From positions 34,840 through 98,839 of the forward strand of contig JBDRBF010000002.1 in assembly GCA_043822925.1 (NCBI GenBank): a stretch of 64,000 nt of DNA. Reading direction: 5' to 3'. Within the stretch, counting starts at the first letter, position 1. Every line of letters starts with the position of its first letter. The notes under the pieces are model-generated. The model searched no databases. It was not told the origin of the DNA and saw only the letters and a list, made by a program, of their open reading frames with translations. Of this stretch, positions 18,805-28,355 are shown piece by piece. The translations under genes and the position numbers were made by a program. The stretch comes from a bacterium (GTDB taxonomy: Bacteria; Babelota; Babeliae; Babelales; RVW-14).

Positions 18805-21789
18805 TTAGAAAGCTTCGCCAAGTGTTAGATACCAGGCATATGGGCAGTCGTTTTTAACAAATTTTTTCCACTTCCAGCCAATATCAAAACGTATTGCGCC
18901 GACAGGTGTTTGATAACGTACGCCAAAGCCAGACGATGGGTACCAGCTTTTGGTTAGTCCGGCAAAGCTTGATTGGCTGAGTACTCCGACATCTTGAAAT
19001 AAAACAGCACCAAACTTTTTGAATACTGGTATGCGCAGTTCAAGATTACCGTTCATCATAGATGAGCCACCTTGAATTGTGTAACTGTGGGTTTCTGTTG
19101 TATTGTTATTTTCGTCTGTTTTTTTAGTTACGTTAAGGCCAAGTGGTGGTAGCGAATCTTTTTCGTAGCCACGAACAGAATATGGTCCGCCTAAATAAAA
19201 ACGTTCGATTGGTTGAACTTGGTTAAAGTGTCGACTAAAAAGATGCCCAAAGCGTAAACGAGCAGCAAGAACTATTTTGTCATAGACGGGATAAAAAATT
19301 GATTGTTCGGCTGTAAAGCGTGATGTGATAACGCCACGTGTATGTGGGACCATCACTTTTATAGAGAGATAGGTTAGGGAGCCTTTTGTTGTATTTATGG
19401 TCTCGTCACGTTTATCTATAATAAAGCTTGGGTCAACAAAAAAATATGGGATAGTTTTGTTTATTAGCGATGGATGCAAGTTTAGATTGCCGCGTACACG
19501 GCTTGTTTTTATCCATTCGTTTCCGGCTGTAAGTCCCCAGTAGTAGTTATCTTTAAATTCATCGCTTAGGCCAGCCAGCAATCCTGTTTGTTCGGCTTCG
19601 TAGGCTGAATCGCTTGAGCCTATTTGTACCGGGTGTATGTATTTATTTGCGTAACCACTGAACTTTGCAGTGTGTGATGACCCAAGAATTGATGGCTGTT
19701 GGTAGGTTGTTTCGCATTTTCGTTCAAAGCGTGTAAAAAATGTGTCAAAGTCGAGGTTGTCTGCTCTGTTAGTTAGATTTTTCATGGTCAAGCCAGCACC
19801 GATTTTTGGCGTCGATTGGCGTTTGAATAAAAAGTTTTTGTTGGTTAAAAAGTACCCGGCGCGCAGTCTTAGTTCTAGCTGGTCATCGTCAACCAGGTTA
19901 AGAATTACCGGTTTTTTACTTTTATTTTCTGTGATTTGATATGGGTGTATTTGAATTTGCTTAAATACGCCCAGACGTTTTAGTTTTTTTCTGGTGAGTT
20001 CTAATTTTTCTTTGCTCCATAAATCGCCTTCTTTAAATTTTACTTCTTTGATAATGCGTTTGAATGGGAGCTTTGAGTTTCCGCGTACAACAAGTTTGCC
20101 AAATTTTACCCGTGGCCCAAGAATAATATTCCAGTTTACAAAAACTTTTGTTGCATGCTTATATTTTATTTTTTGTAATTGTTCAGCTTCTACAGGATAG
20201 AGGTGAATGTGAGGCTTTACTTTTATGTACCAGTAGCCTAATTTTTGGAAATAATTGAGTAAATAAATTTTTTGTTGTCGCAACCAGTTCATGTTAAATG
20301 GAATCAAATAATCTGTATTTTCTGTAACATATTTTTGGAAGAATTCATGTTTTTCTAAGTTATGGTGTTTTTTTATAGAGAATCCGCCCCAAAAGTGTTG
20401 TTGCCCTTTTTTGATAAGTATTTTTATAGTGTATTTTTCGTTGTGTTTATTTTTTGTTATTTTCTTTTCAAGAATCGTAAAATTCCAGAAGCCATTTGAG
20501 AAATAAAAGTTTTTGAGTTCTTCGATGCTTTTGTCTAAAATTGTTTGATCTAGAATTTTGTTTTTAAGTAGATTTTTCCAAAAGAAAGCAGGCTCTTGGG
20601 TTTTTGGATGGGCGACATCGCAGACAGTTATTTTTTCAACTAGTACTGGTTTTTTTTCATTAATTATAAAAGAGAGTATTTGGTTGTCGAGCTTTTTGTG
20701 TGATATTTCTGTATCCCAGTAGCCTTTTTTATAGTATTCATATAAAAGTTGTTCGGTGATAATATCGGGGGAAAAGAGCCAATCTGGTTGTTCAATCCCG
20801 ATAATGGTTTCTTTTATATATTGTTCTGTAAAGAGATTGTTACCAATAAAATGTAAATTCTTTTGTTTTCCCAGTGTAATATTAAATGTAATAAAGACTG
20901 TAAATTTTTTGTTATTACTTGTTCTGTCCATAGATATGTGACTATGCAGAAACCCTTTGTCTTTTAAGAAACGTTGTATTTTGCGCGCGAGTTTTTCTAT
21001 TTGATTTTTATCGTATAAGCTTGGGACGATAATTTTGTGAAAATTTTTGTATAATTCTTGTTTAATGCTTGTAATATTGGCTACTTTTTCAGGATTATTA
21101 TCCATGACGTTAAAATCAACTTTTTTTATAGTAAATCGACGTTTTTGTTTGGCGTATAATTTGACGGTTATAGTTTTGTTTCTTTTTGAGTAGAGTAGCT
21201 CATCGGTTAGTTTGCAGGCCAGGTAGCCTTGATCGTGTAGATATTTTTTTATGGTCTGTAAAGATTTTTCGTGTACTGTGATATCAAATAAGTCTCCAGG
21301 TTGTTGGGTATATAAATTTGTGTATAACTGTTTTCCGAAAATAATGCCTCTAAAAATAAATTTTTTAAGTATCCAGTTTCCAGTAAATTTGAACTCAATA
21401 TGTTTACCCATGTTGTAATCAGAGATATTAATGTCGATCGAATTAAAACGTTTTTTATCTAAAAGATTTTTATATGCGTGATCAATATGAGCGAGTGTTA
21501 CAAAAGAATTAACGGAAAGCTGTGTTAAATATAAAAATTCTTCTTTGCTGAATGGGATGTCTGACGTATATGTTAATTTTGTTAAGAGAAATGACGTGTT
21601 TTTTAATGTGGATGTTTTTATAAGTCGACCAAGAGTTCCCCCATACTGTTGGGGTTGTTCTTTTTGTGTCTCTTGCGTTTGTTTTTGTGCTTGTATTTGT
21701 ACGTGAAGAGACAGGGGGAGGAAGAGTAATAAAAAAAAATATCGATAGATTCGACAAAAAGATACGTGTTCCAATTCAGCATACTCCAC
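18805..21789 (-). CDS. BamA/TamA (Omp85) family outer-membrane protein
   Basis: POTRA-like repeats, ERFYLGG..SVRGY, GFGVRYQTPVGAIRFD and a terminal Phe. Confidence 0.93.
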   Translation of the reverse strand: MEYAELEHVSFCRIYRYFFLLLFLPLSLHVQIQAQKQTQETQKEQPQQYGGTLGRLIKTSTLKNTSFLLTKLTYTSDIPFSKEEFLYLTQLSVNSFVTLAHIDHAYKNLLDKKRFNSIDINISDYNMGKHIEFKFTGNWILKKFIFRGIIFGKQLYTNLYTQQPGDLFDITVHEKSLQTIKKYLHDQGYLACKLTDELLYSKRNKTITVKLYAKQKRRFTIKKVDFNVMDNNPEKVANITSIKQELYKNFHKIIVPSLYDKNQIEKLARKIQRFLKDKGFLHSHISMDRTSNNKKFTVFITFNITLGKQKNLHFIGNNLFTEQYIKETIIGIEQPDWLFSPDIITEQLLYEYYKKGYWDTEISHKKLDNQILSFIINEKKPVLVEKITVCDVAHPKTQEPAFFWKNLLKNKILDQTILDKSIEELKNFYFSNGFWNFTILEKKITKNKHNEKYTIKILIKKGQQHFWGGFSIKKHHNLEKHEFFQKYVTENTDYLIPFNMNWLRQQKIYLLNYFQKLGYWYIKVKPHIHLYPVEAEQLQKIKYKHATKVFVNWNIILGPRVKFGKLVVRGNSKLPFKRIIKEVKFKEGDLWSKEKLELTRKKLKRLGVFKQIQIHPYQITENKSKKPVILNLVDDDQLELRLRAGYFLTNKNFLFKRQSTPKIGAGLTMKNLTNRADNLDFDTFFTRFERKCETTYQQPSILGSSHTAKFSGYANKYIHPVQIGSSDSAYEAEQTGLLAGLSDEFKDNYYWGLTAGNEWIKTSRVRGNLNLHPSLINKTIPYFFVDPSFIIDKRDETINTTKGSLTYLSIKVMVPHTRGVITSRFTAEQSIFYPVYDKIVLAARLRFGHLFSRHFNQVQPIERFYLGGPYSVRGYEKDSLPPLGLNVTKKTDENNNTTETHSYTIQGGSSMMNGNLELRIPVFKKFGAVLFQDVGVLSQSSFAGLTKSWYPSSGFGVRYQTPVGAIRFDIGWKWKKFVKNDCPYAWYLTLGEAF

Positions 21790-21927
21790 GGTAAAATAGC
21801 ATGTTTTTATTATTTTAACATACTATTTTTGTCTCGTCTTGTCTGCTTTTTGTGATAAGTTAAAAAAGATTAATTGAAAATAAATAATGTCGAATCAATC
21901 TGTTTTATGGCTTATTTCGTTATAATT

Positions 21928-22212
21928 TTATTCACGGTCGAGAATTCTAAAGACTCCTCGAAATGATTTTTCAGTAAGTAATGGTTCTATTTGAATGTCG
22001 GCTATTTTTGATTTATTTGGTCCTTTATATAAGAGATCGATAAATTGGTCTAGTTTGGTGGCGTCGCCGCAGACATATATAATGACGCTTTGGTCATCTA
22101 GGTTTTGAATGGTTCCTTCTATTCCGAGAGTCTGGGCTTGTTTTTGAGCAAATTTCCGGTAGCCCACTTCTTGAACTTGGCCGGTAATTTTAATTTTGAC
22201 ACTCTGCTTCAT
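21928..22212 (-). CDS. acyP: Acylphosphatase
   Basis: ITGQVQ.VGYR, GTIQN and KGP motifs; start placed at the ATG after AAGGAG. Confidence 0.9.
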   Translation of the reverse strand: MKQSVKIKITGQVQEVGYRKFAQKQAQTLGIEGTIQNLDDQSVIIYVCGDATKLDQFIDLLYKGPNKSKIADIQIEPLLTEKSFRGVFRILDRE

Positions 22213-22344
22213 TTTTCTCCTTTTTCTTATTATGCCCACTCAGACGGGGCTTTCGTTATGAGCGTAGCGTCATAGTATCAGAATAAAAATTTAAAAGTCA
22301 AATATTTGTGTGAGCTTGTTCAATATTCGCGCTCTGGTTCTATT

Positions 22345-23610
22345 TTATGAGGTTATTTTTTGAAAGAGTTTTGTGTATAAATTCACATGATATTTGATCA
22401 TGTTCTCGTTTTTGAAGTCTAAAATGGTATCGGGAAAATTACTTAAATCTGTGTATAGTTTTTTATCCATTACGAGCGTCTCGAGTTTTTTTGATAGATC
22501 CTGCCAGTCTCCGGGTTTAATTAAGAAGCCATTTTTCCCATCATAAATTACTTCTGAGATGCCGCCGACGTTATACGCGACGATTGGCAATTTACTTAGG
22601 CGCGCTTCTATTATTGCACAGGGTAACCCCTCCCAGAGAGAGCTGAGGGCAAAAAGATCCCATTTTTTTACATATTTGGAAACGTCATGTTGCCAGCCTA
22701 AAAGTGTGATATATGACGACATATTATTTTTTGAAATCCAGTTTTCGAGCATTGGTCTTTGTTCTCCGTCGCCGATAATTTCAAGCTTTAGGCCGCAACC
22801 AAACCCTATACAGGTGGTTTGGTTTAGTGGTCTTTGTTGTGTGTTTTGAACGAGTAATTTAAAAGCTTTTAGCAAGTCTAAGCAGTTTTTTTGGGGTTTA
22901 AAGCAGGCGATAGAACCAATAGTAAAGTCGTGAGTGATATTTTGAGTATAATTTTGTTTTTGAGTGTGAGAATCATGAGTCTTAGAAATATTACTGGTGC
23001 GAGCTGGCATATAAAAATCGTCCCAATTTACGGCGGCTCGAATTAAGACACTTTTTTGTTCAAATTTGGGGAAAAGACGTATGCCCTCGAGTTGATCTTT
23101 TTTTGATACACAAATAAATTTTGTTGTAATAAGTGATGTTATATATTCGAGAAAATAAACTATAGCCCACTGGTGTTTTGGTTGATGCTCATGAAAGCCG
23201 TAACCATGTACAGTGTGTATGCGTTTTTTTGCGCCGGCAAAGAACGCAGCCCAGCGACCAAAAATGCCAGCTTTTGTACTGTGTGTGTGAATAATTAATT
23301 GGGGATATTTATTTTTGAGTGAGCGTATAATTTTTATGAGCGAAAAAAAAGCTTTTATTTCAGAAAAAATTATTTTAATGCCTATTTCGCGCTTGAGCGA
23401 ATCAAGAAAAAAAACAGCGTCGGGCTTTGTTGCATGAGTTTGCGAATTAATAACTGTTGGAGCAAGTTCTCCTTGTGAGCCAGATACGAGGTGGGTTGGA
23501 TATCCTGAATTTTGTATACCATTAAATAAAGTGAGACAGACTTTTTGGGCACCGCCAAGCTCAAGTTTTGTTATAATATATAAGACGTGAATTTCTTTGT
23601 TTTCTTTCAT
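22345..23610 (-). CDS. Glycosyltransferase family 4
   Basis: LGGAQ, HTHSTKAG, HTVHG and SLWEGLPCAIIEA (Ex7E) motifs. Confidence 0.93.
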   Translation of the reverse strand: MKENKEIHVLYIITKLELGGAQKVCLTLFNGIQNSGYPTHLVSGSQGELAPTVINSQTHATKPDAVFFLDSLKREIGIKIIFSEIKAFFSLIKIIRSLKNKYPQLIIHTHSTKAGIFGRWAAFFAGAKKRIHTVHGYGFHEHQPKHQWAIVYFLEYITSLITTKFICVSKKDQLEGIRLFPKFEQKSVLIRAAVNWDDFYMPARTSNISKTHDSHTQKQNYTQNITHDFTIGSIACFKPQKNCLDLLKAFKLLVQNTQQRPLNQTTCIGFGCGLKLEIIGDGEQRPMLENWISKNNMSSYITLLGWQHDVSKYVKKWDLFALSSLWEGLPCAIIEARLSKLPIVAYNVGGISEVIYDGKNGFLIKPGDWQDLSKKLETLVMDKKLYTDLSNFPDTILDFKNENMIKYHVNLYTKLFQKITS

Positions 23611-23678
23611 GAAGCTTTCCCCTTTTATTTAAAAAAATCATGAAAACAAATAGATTGCTATTTTTACAGTATATTGCA

Positions 23679-24350
23679 CTAAGTTTGTGATTTGTTCTTT
23701 GTTTCTGTAGGTGCGATCATGGTAGCTTTATTTTTTTCTTTTGGAAAAAGTTTTGCTATTTCAGGAGAATTATCACTCAATAAAAGTATTGATTTTTGGG
23801 TAGATGGCCTAAGGTTTTTGAATGTGCTTATTAATTCTTTGTCTGTTGGATTTTCGTATAATTTTGTAAGCATTGTTTCGCACAGCAGTACAAAGAGATC
23901 TTTGTTATAGAATGAGCGAATAATAAGAAATAATTTGAAAAGAGTAGGCAGTGTTTCGTTTTTAAGTTTCGTTTTTAAGATTGTTACTATATGTTCTTTT
24001 TTTTCTTTATTTTGTTCTTTTTTTATGGAGAGCGTCGTGCTTAGGTAGGTTAGAATTTTTTGACAACAGTCACAGATAATGGGAATGTGTATAAAAATGT
24101 TTTTATAGCTCATGTTTTTATGAGATTCTGTTTCGATTATTTGCATAATATCGGGTATTGTTTGGGCAATAGAAAGAGGCATTTTAACAATTCCATCAAT
24201 ACATTGTAGTTTTATGTATTCTGGCTCTTGATTGTTTTTTTGTTGTGTTGCTTGAAGTGTTTGGGCCCCTATTATTGTTAGTGTAAGCATGAAAAATATC
24301 GTGTGTCGAATTGATGTGTTTGAAGGGATGTTCTTTTGGTTTTTTTTCAA
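23679..24350 (-). CDS. Secreted Skp1/BTB-POZ-like protein
   Basis: Signal peptide; IKLQCIDG, CQKILTYL and TLFKL...KDLFVLLCETM align by eye with Skp1 motifs. Confidence 0.55.
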   Translation of the reverse strand: MKKNQKNIPSNTSIRHTIFFMLTLTIIGAQTLQATQQKNNQEPEYIKLQCIDGIVKMPLSIAQTIPDIMQIIETESHKNMSYKNIFIHIPIICDCCQKILTYLSTTLSIKKEQNKEKKEHIVTILKTKLKNETLPTLFKLFLIIRSFYNKDLFVLLCETMLTKLYENPTDKELISTFKNLRPSTQKSILLLSDNSPEIAKLFPKEKNKATMIAPTETKNKSQT

Positions 24351-24577
24351 GGATTATTCCCGTTTTTTGACTTTTTTAAGCTGTACTTTGTATTGTGAGT
24401 TGTAATTATATAAATTTGTGAGTTAAATTCAAATTTTTTCATTAAATTGGGATTTATGGGAATACGATTTGTATTGTCATAAAAAAGTGCATGTTTATAA
24501 TATACTGTTACTGGAGAAGGCTTAGAAATTAGGTTTGTTTTTTTTGAAAATCTTAATTTACGTGAGGGGACAAGAGT

Positions 24578-25258
24578 ATGTTTAATTCTGCGATTTGGCA
24601 TCTTATTGTGATTTCTGACTGGATAAGTAAGTATGTTATAATGCTTGGTCTTTTTGTTTTGTCTGTATTTTGTGTTGCTATAATTATTAATAAATTTGTT
24701 GCATTTAGACGAGAGAAATCTCGATTGCTCATGCTTGCTCTTAATGTGAAAAACTGTGTATCGCTAGATCAGCTTGCATTGTTAAGTGTTGGGTTTAAAG
24801 GGCACATAGGGGATGATTTTTTGACTAATGCTTTGGTTAGAATAAATCAGCTTGTAGATCAAAAACGAGTAGAGAACAAAGAGATTGTATATCAAGACAT
24901 TGAGCAGCTTGATTTAGTGTTGAGCCAAGATATAGATGCTTTGATATTACAGGAAGAAGAGTATTTGCCTTTGCTTGGTACGAGTGCTGCGGTGGCGCCA
25001 TTGATGGGTTTATTTGGAACTATTTGGGGTCTTGTTAATGCATTTATTAGTATTGGGCAAGAAAAATCTGCAGACATCTCAGTTATTGCTCCTGGAATAG
25101 CGGCTGCTTTGCTTACAACGTTGGCGGGATTAATCGTCGCAATTCCAGCGCTTATTATGTTTAATTATTTTTCTAACGAATTGCGTAAGATTGAAGGCCA
25201 GCTTTGTAATATGCAAGATATTATTTTGATGACCGCAAAGCAGGCGTTAATAAAATAG
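24578..25258 (+). CDS. tolQ: TolQ/ExbB proton channel
   Basis: APLMGLFGTIWG, APGIA.AL.TT.AGL.VAIPA motifs. Confidence 0.92.
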   Translation: MFNSAIWHLIVISDWISKYVIMLGLFVLSVFCVAIIINKFVAFRREKSRLLMLALNVKNCVSLDQLALLSVGFKGHIGDDFLTNALVRINQLVDQKRVENKEIVYQDIEQLDLVLSQDIDALILQEEEYLPLLGTSAAVAPLMGLFGTIWGLVNAFISIGQEKSADISVIAPGIAAALLTTLAGLIVAIPALIMFNYFSNELRKIEGQLCNMQDIILMTAKQALIK

Positions 25259-25278
25259 GGTAGTGAAAATTTAGGGTA

Positions 25279-25704
25279 GTGGAAATTATGAGTAGACTGA
25301 GAAGAGCTAAAACAAAGCGTTTTAGAATGCCTGAAGTTGTGTTGCTTCCATTAATTGATGCTGCGTTGACGTTGCTTGTTATTTTTATTGTTACTGCGCC
25401 GGCAATGCAAAATGGTATAAAAATTGATCTACCGCAGGGCAGAAGTAGAGAAGTTGCATCTCAACAGGATCTCGTTGTGACCTTAAATAAACAGGGTTTA
25501 ATGTACTTTAATGGGTACCCTGTTAAGAAAAAAGAATTACTTGAAACCGTACAAAGAGCTCTTGCAGGGAAAGATGATACTCCTGTATATGTTAGGGCTG
25601 ATAAATTAGTTTCGTATGGAGATGTTATAGAGATCGTGGATAGTCTTAAAGAGGCTGGCGTTAAGTATGTTGCTATGTCAACGGTGCCATTGTCAAAATC
25701 ATGA
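25279..25704 (+). CDS. tolR: TolR/ExbD
   Basis: PLID..L.LLVIFIVTAP, DLP and RADK.V.YG motifs; the start may be ATG 25288. Confidence 0.92.
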   Translation: MEIMSRLRRAKTKRFRMPEVVLLPLIDAALTLLVIFIVTAPAMQNGIKIDLPQGRSREVASQQDLVVTLNKQGLMYFNGYPVKKKELLETVQRALAGKDDTPVYVRADKLVSYGDVIEIVDSLKEAGVKYVAMSTVPLSKS

Positions 25705-26663
25705 AAAATAAACTGACGGCTTTTTACCTGATTATATCGTTTGTTTTTCATACGATGGTCATTCTTTTGTTCGCCCTTTTTTATGATACCAGTGTTATTA
25801 ATAAAAATTTTATTGTTTTTGGTGCGCATTCGAGTAAGCCAAGCCATGCTATTTATAGGCAAGGTAAGCCGGTGCCATTTGTTGGTGGACGTTCAGGGCG
25901 AGCGGTACAAGGGCGTAAACCTACGCGATATTCAAAAAAATCACAGAAAAAAAGTGTCGTAAAAAAACAGGTAAAGCAGGTAAAGCAAAAAAAACAGTTA
26001 AAAAAGATATGTGTAAAAAAAATCGCGTCAAAAGTTAAAGATCTTGAAGTTCCTAAGGAGTCTGGTAAGAAAAAAAAGGCGGACAAGATACAAAAAAAGA
26101 TTATAGAAAAAGACGAGCAAAAAGAAGAGATTTTGAATCCTAAAAAACAGCAGAAAAAAGAACAGAAAGAAAAAAATGAAAAAGAGCTCGAGAAACAGAT
26201 AGCGCTTGAGAAAAAACAGGAAGAGCTAAAAAACAAACAAAAAGAAGTAGAGAATAACGAAGAAAAAGAAGTAGAGCCGGAGCAAGAACCAGGGGAGCTC
26301 GATGAGGACAAAAGTTCTCTCGAAGAAGGGACTGATGGTCTGGATTCTGGATCTGAAGAATGGAATGATCAAGACACGTTGCAGTTTTCATTACAGTCAG
26401 GGTCTGATCCAGAAATGTTTAAGTATCAAGAGTGTATTCAACAGGAGGTTCTTCGTTTATGGCGGCCCCCTGTTGGTGTGTCAAAAAACACAGAAATTCG
26501 AGCGTTTTTCTATGTTAATAAAGCTGGATATGTTGAGAGATTTGAAATTATTAAGAAATCAAATGTTCTTATCTATGATTTAAGTATTTTACGTGTTGCG
26601 AAAAAGTTTTTATTTGATAAATGCTTATGGGGCAAGAAGTTTACTATTGATTTTCGTCAGTAG
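25701..26663 (+). CDS. tolA: TolA/TonB-like protein
   Basis: TM anchor with S...H, Lys/Glu-rich linker, C-terminal W.PP domain; lies between tolR and tolB. Confidence 0.8.
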   Translation: MKNKLTAFYLIISFVFHTMVILLFALFYDTSVINKNFIVFGAHSSKPSHAIYRQGKPVPFVGGRSGRAVQGRKPTRYSKKSQKKSVVKKQVKQVKQKKQLKKICVKKIASKVKDLEVPKESGKKKKADKIQKKIIEKDEQKEEILNPKKQQKKEQKEKNEKELEKQIALEKKQEELKNKQKEVENNEEKEVEPEQEPGELDEDKSSLEEGTDGLDSGSEEWNDQDTLQFSLQSGSDPEMFKYQECIQQEVLRLWRPPVGVSKNTEIRAFFYVNKAGYVERFEIIKKSNVLIYDLSILRVAKKFLFDKCLWGKKFTIDFRQ

Positions 26664-26741
26664 TTGATTGTATGCTGTGTAATCTTTTACATTGTAAGAA
26701 CGAGTGCGATAGGGGCCCAGGATGACAATTGGAGAAATTTT

Positions 26742-28220
26742 ATGACGTTAGTAAAAAACATGGCCTTATTGTTTTGTACGCTGAGCGCGTGCATATTTGG
26801 GGCTGCATTAAGTGGCGCTGAAAATATAATTAAAAAACCCTGTGGTCTTGTGTCTTTGGATAAAAAAGATAAATGCTTCGACAAGCTCAGCACGAGCGCG
26901 ACGGGTGACGCAACACAAAAAGATCTATCGTTTCAGGTAAGTGCAGGGGCTAGTTCTTATAAGCCGGTAAACATACAGGCTTTATGTGTTGGTCAAAATA
27001 AAGACCTTGAGGCGCTGGCTAATATCGTGAAGTTTGATTTAGATTTTACGGATCAATTATTAGTAGATATTAAACGTATAGATAAAATCCCGAATGAAAA
27101 AAATGTTAAAGAGTTTGCAAAATACAAAAAAACAATAGAAAAACTGTTTAATGACGAGACGTCTTTGTGTATGTATTTTAGGTTAGCTGTTCCTAAGCAG
27201 GACAAACTTAAGAAATTTGTGAACATTACGATTAAAGATACGTCGTCTGATGAGTCTGTTTTCGATAGAACCTTTTCTTATGCAGATGCGTCTTTGATTT
27301 TTGATGCGCATTCTATTTCTCAAGCAATAATTCCAGTGCTGACGGGCCAAGATGGTATTTGTTTAAGTAGTTTTGCATTTTGCAAGCAGCTTTCTTCAAA
27401 AAAGAAGGTTATTTGCATTACTGATTATATGTGCAAGAAAGAAAAAATTATTGTTCCTCATTGTGGGATTAATGTTGCTCCTCGTTGGCACAGTCAGGCA
27501 GGATATCTTTTCTATTCACAATTTTTGCGTGCGAGTTGTCAGCTTGTGTCCCTTAATATAAAAAATAAAACAGAAAAAATTATTTGTTCATATGATGGCT
27601 TAAATATGCAGCCATCATTTTCTCCTGATGGTATTCAGGTTGCGTTATGTATGTCGGGTGGGGGTGAGAACTCTGAACTTTATTTATATGATCAGCGGGT
27701 TTGCAAGCAACTTAAGAAGAGAGTTTTTAAGCAGATAACGAAAAATAAAGGTAATAACTCGTCACCGTGTTTGTTGCCTAACGGTGATATTGTTTTTTGT
27801 TCAGATTTTCAAACAGGAAGTCCCCAGTTATATTATTATCGTAAGTTAGATGGTCGGACCGTGCGATTATCCAGCGGTGTTGGGTATAGTGCTGCGCCGT
27901 CATATAGTGAAGCGAATAATGCGATAGCATATACGCGTCTTGTGAATAAAACATTTCAATTGTTTACGATGTCTTTTACTGAGCACGGTGTTGTTGAAAA
28001 GCAGTGTACATTTGGTTCAGGGGATAAGCTTGATGCTACGTGGTCTCCTTGCGGGCGGTACATAGCCTTTACTTATGATCATAAAAATGAAAAAACGAAT
28101 AAGATGATCCCTCAAATAGGGGTACTTAACTGCCGTAGTGGGAATATTCGGGTTTTAACGCATAGTAAATTTCCTAAGAGTTTTCCTTGTTGGAGTGCAA
28201 ATCCATATTTTCAACTTTAA
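26742..28220 (+). CDS. tolB: TolB beta-propeller protein
   Basis: PD40-like repeats (PSFSPDG, FCSD..GSPQLY, WSPCG). ATG 26742 follows GGAGA (ORF track starts at 26664). Confidence 0.88.
   Translation: MTLVKNMALLFCTLSACIFGAALSGAENIIKKPCGLVSLDKKDKCFDKLSTSATGDATQKDLSFQVSAGASSYKPVNIQALCVGQNKDLEALANIVKFDLDFTDQLLVDIKRIDKIPNEKNVKEFAKYKKTIEKLFNDETSLCMYFRLAVPKQDKLKKFVNITIKDTSSDESVFDRTFSYADASLIFDAHSISQAIIPVLTGQDGICLSSFAFCKQLSSKKKVICITDYMCKKEKIIVPHCGINVAPRWHSQAGYLFYSQFLRASCQLVSLNIKNKTEKIICSYDGLNMQPSFSPDGIQVALCMSGGGENSELYLYDQRVCKQLKKRVFKQITKNKGNNSSPCLLPNGDIVFCSDFQTGSPQLYYYRKLDGRTVRLSSGVGYSAAPSYSEANNAIAYTRLVNKTFQLFTMSFTEHGVVEKQCTFGSGDKLDATWSPCGRYIAFTYDHKNEKTNKMIPQIGVLNCRSGNIRVLTHSKFPKSFPCWSANPYFQL
26874..26898 (+). 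repeat. Family-C palindrome in frame within tolB
   Basis: tgcttcgacaagctcagcacgagcg, encoding CFDKLSTSA. Confidence 0.85.
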
Positions 28221-28355
28221 AAAGTAATTGGTTTTTCTATTTTCTGGTTTTATTGGGATTTATTTATTAGAATAATACTATTAATAGTGGGTTTATCATT
28301 ACTATTTTGGGTGTATTTTAGAGTTTAAAAAATAAGCGAAAATGAGTGTTGAGAC

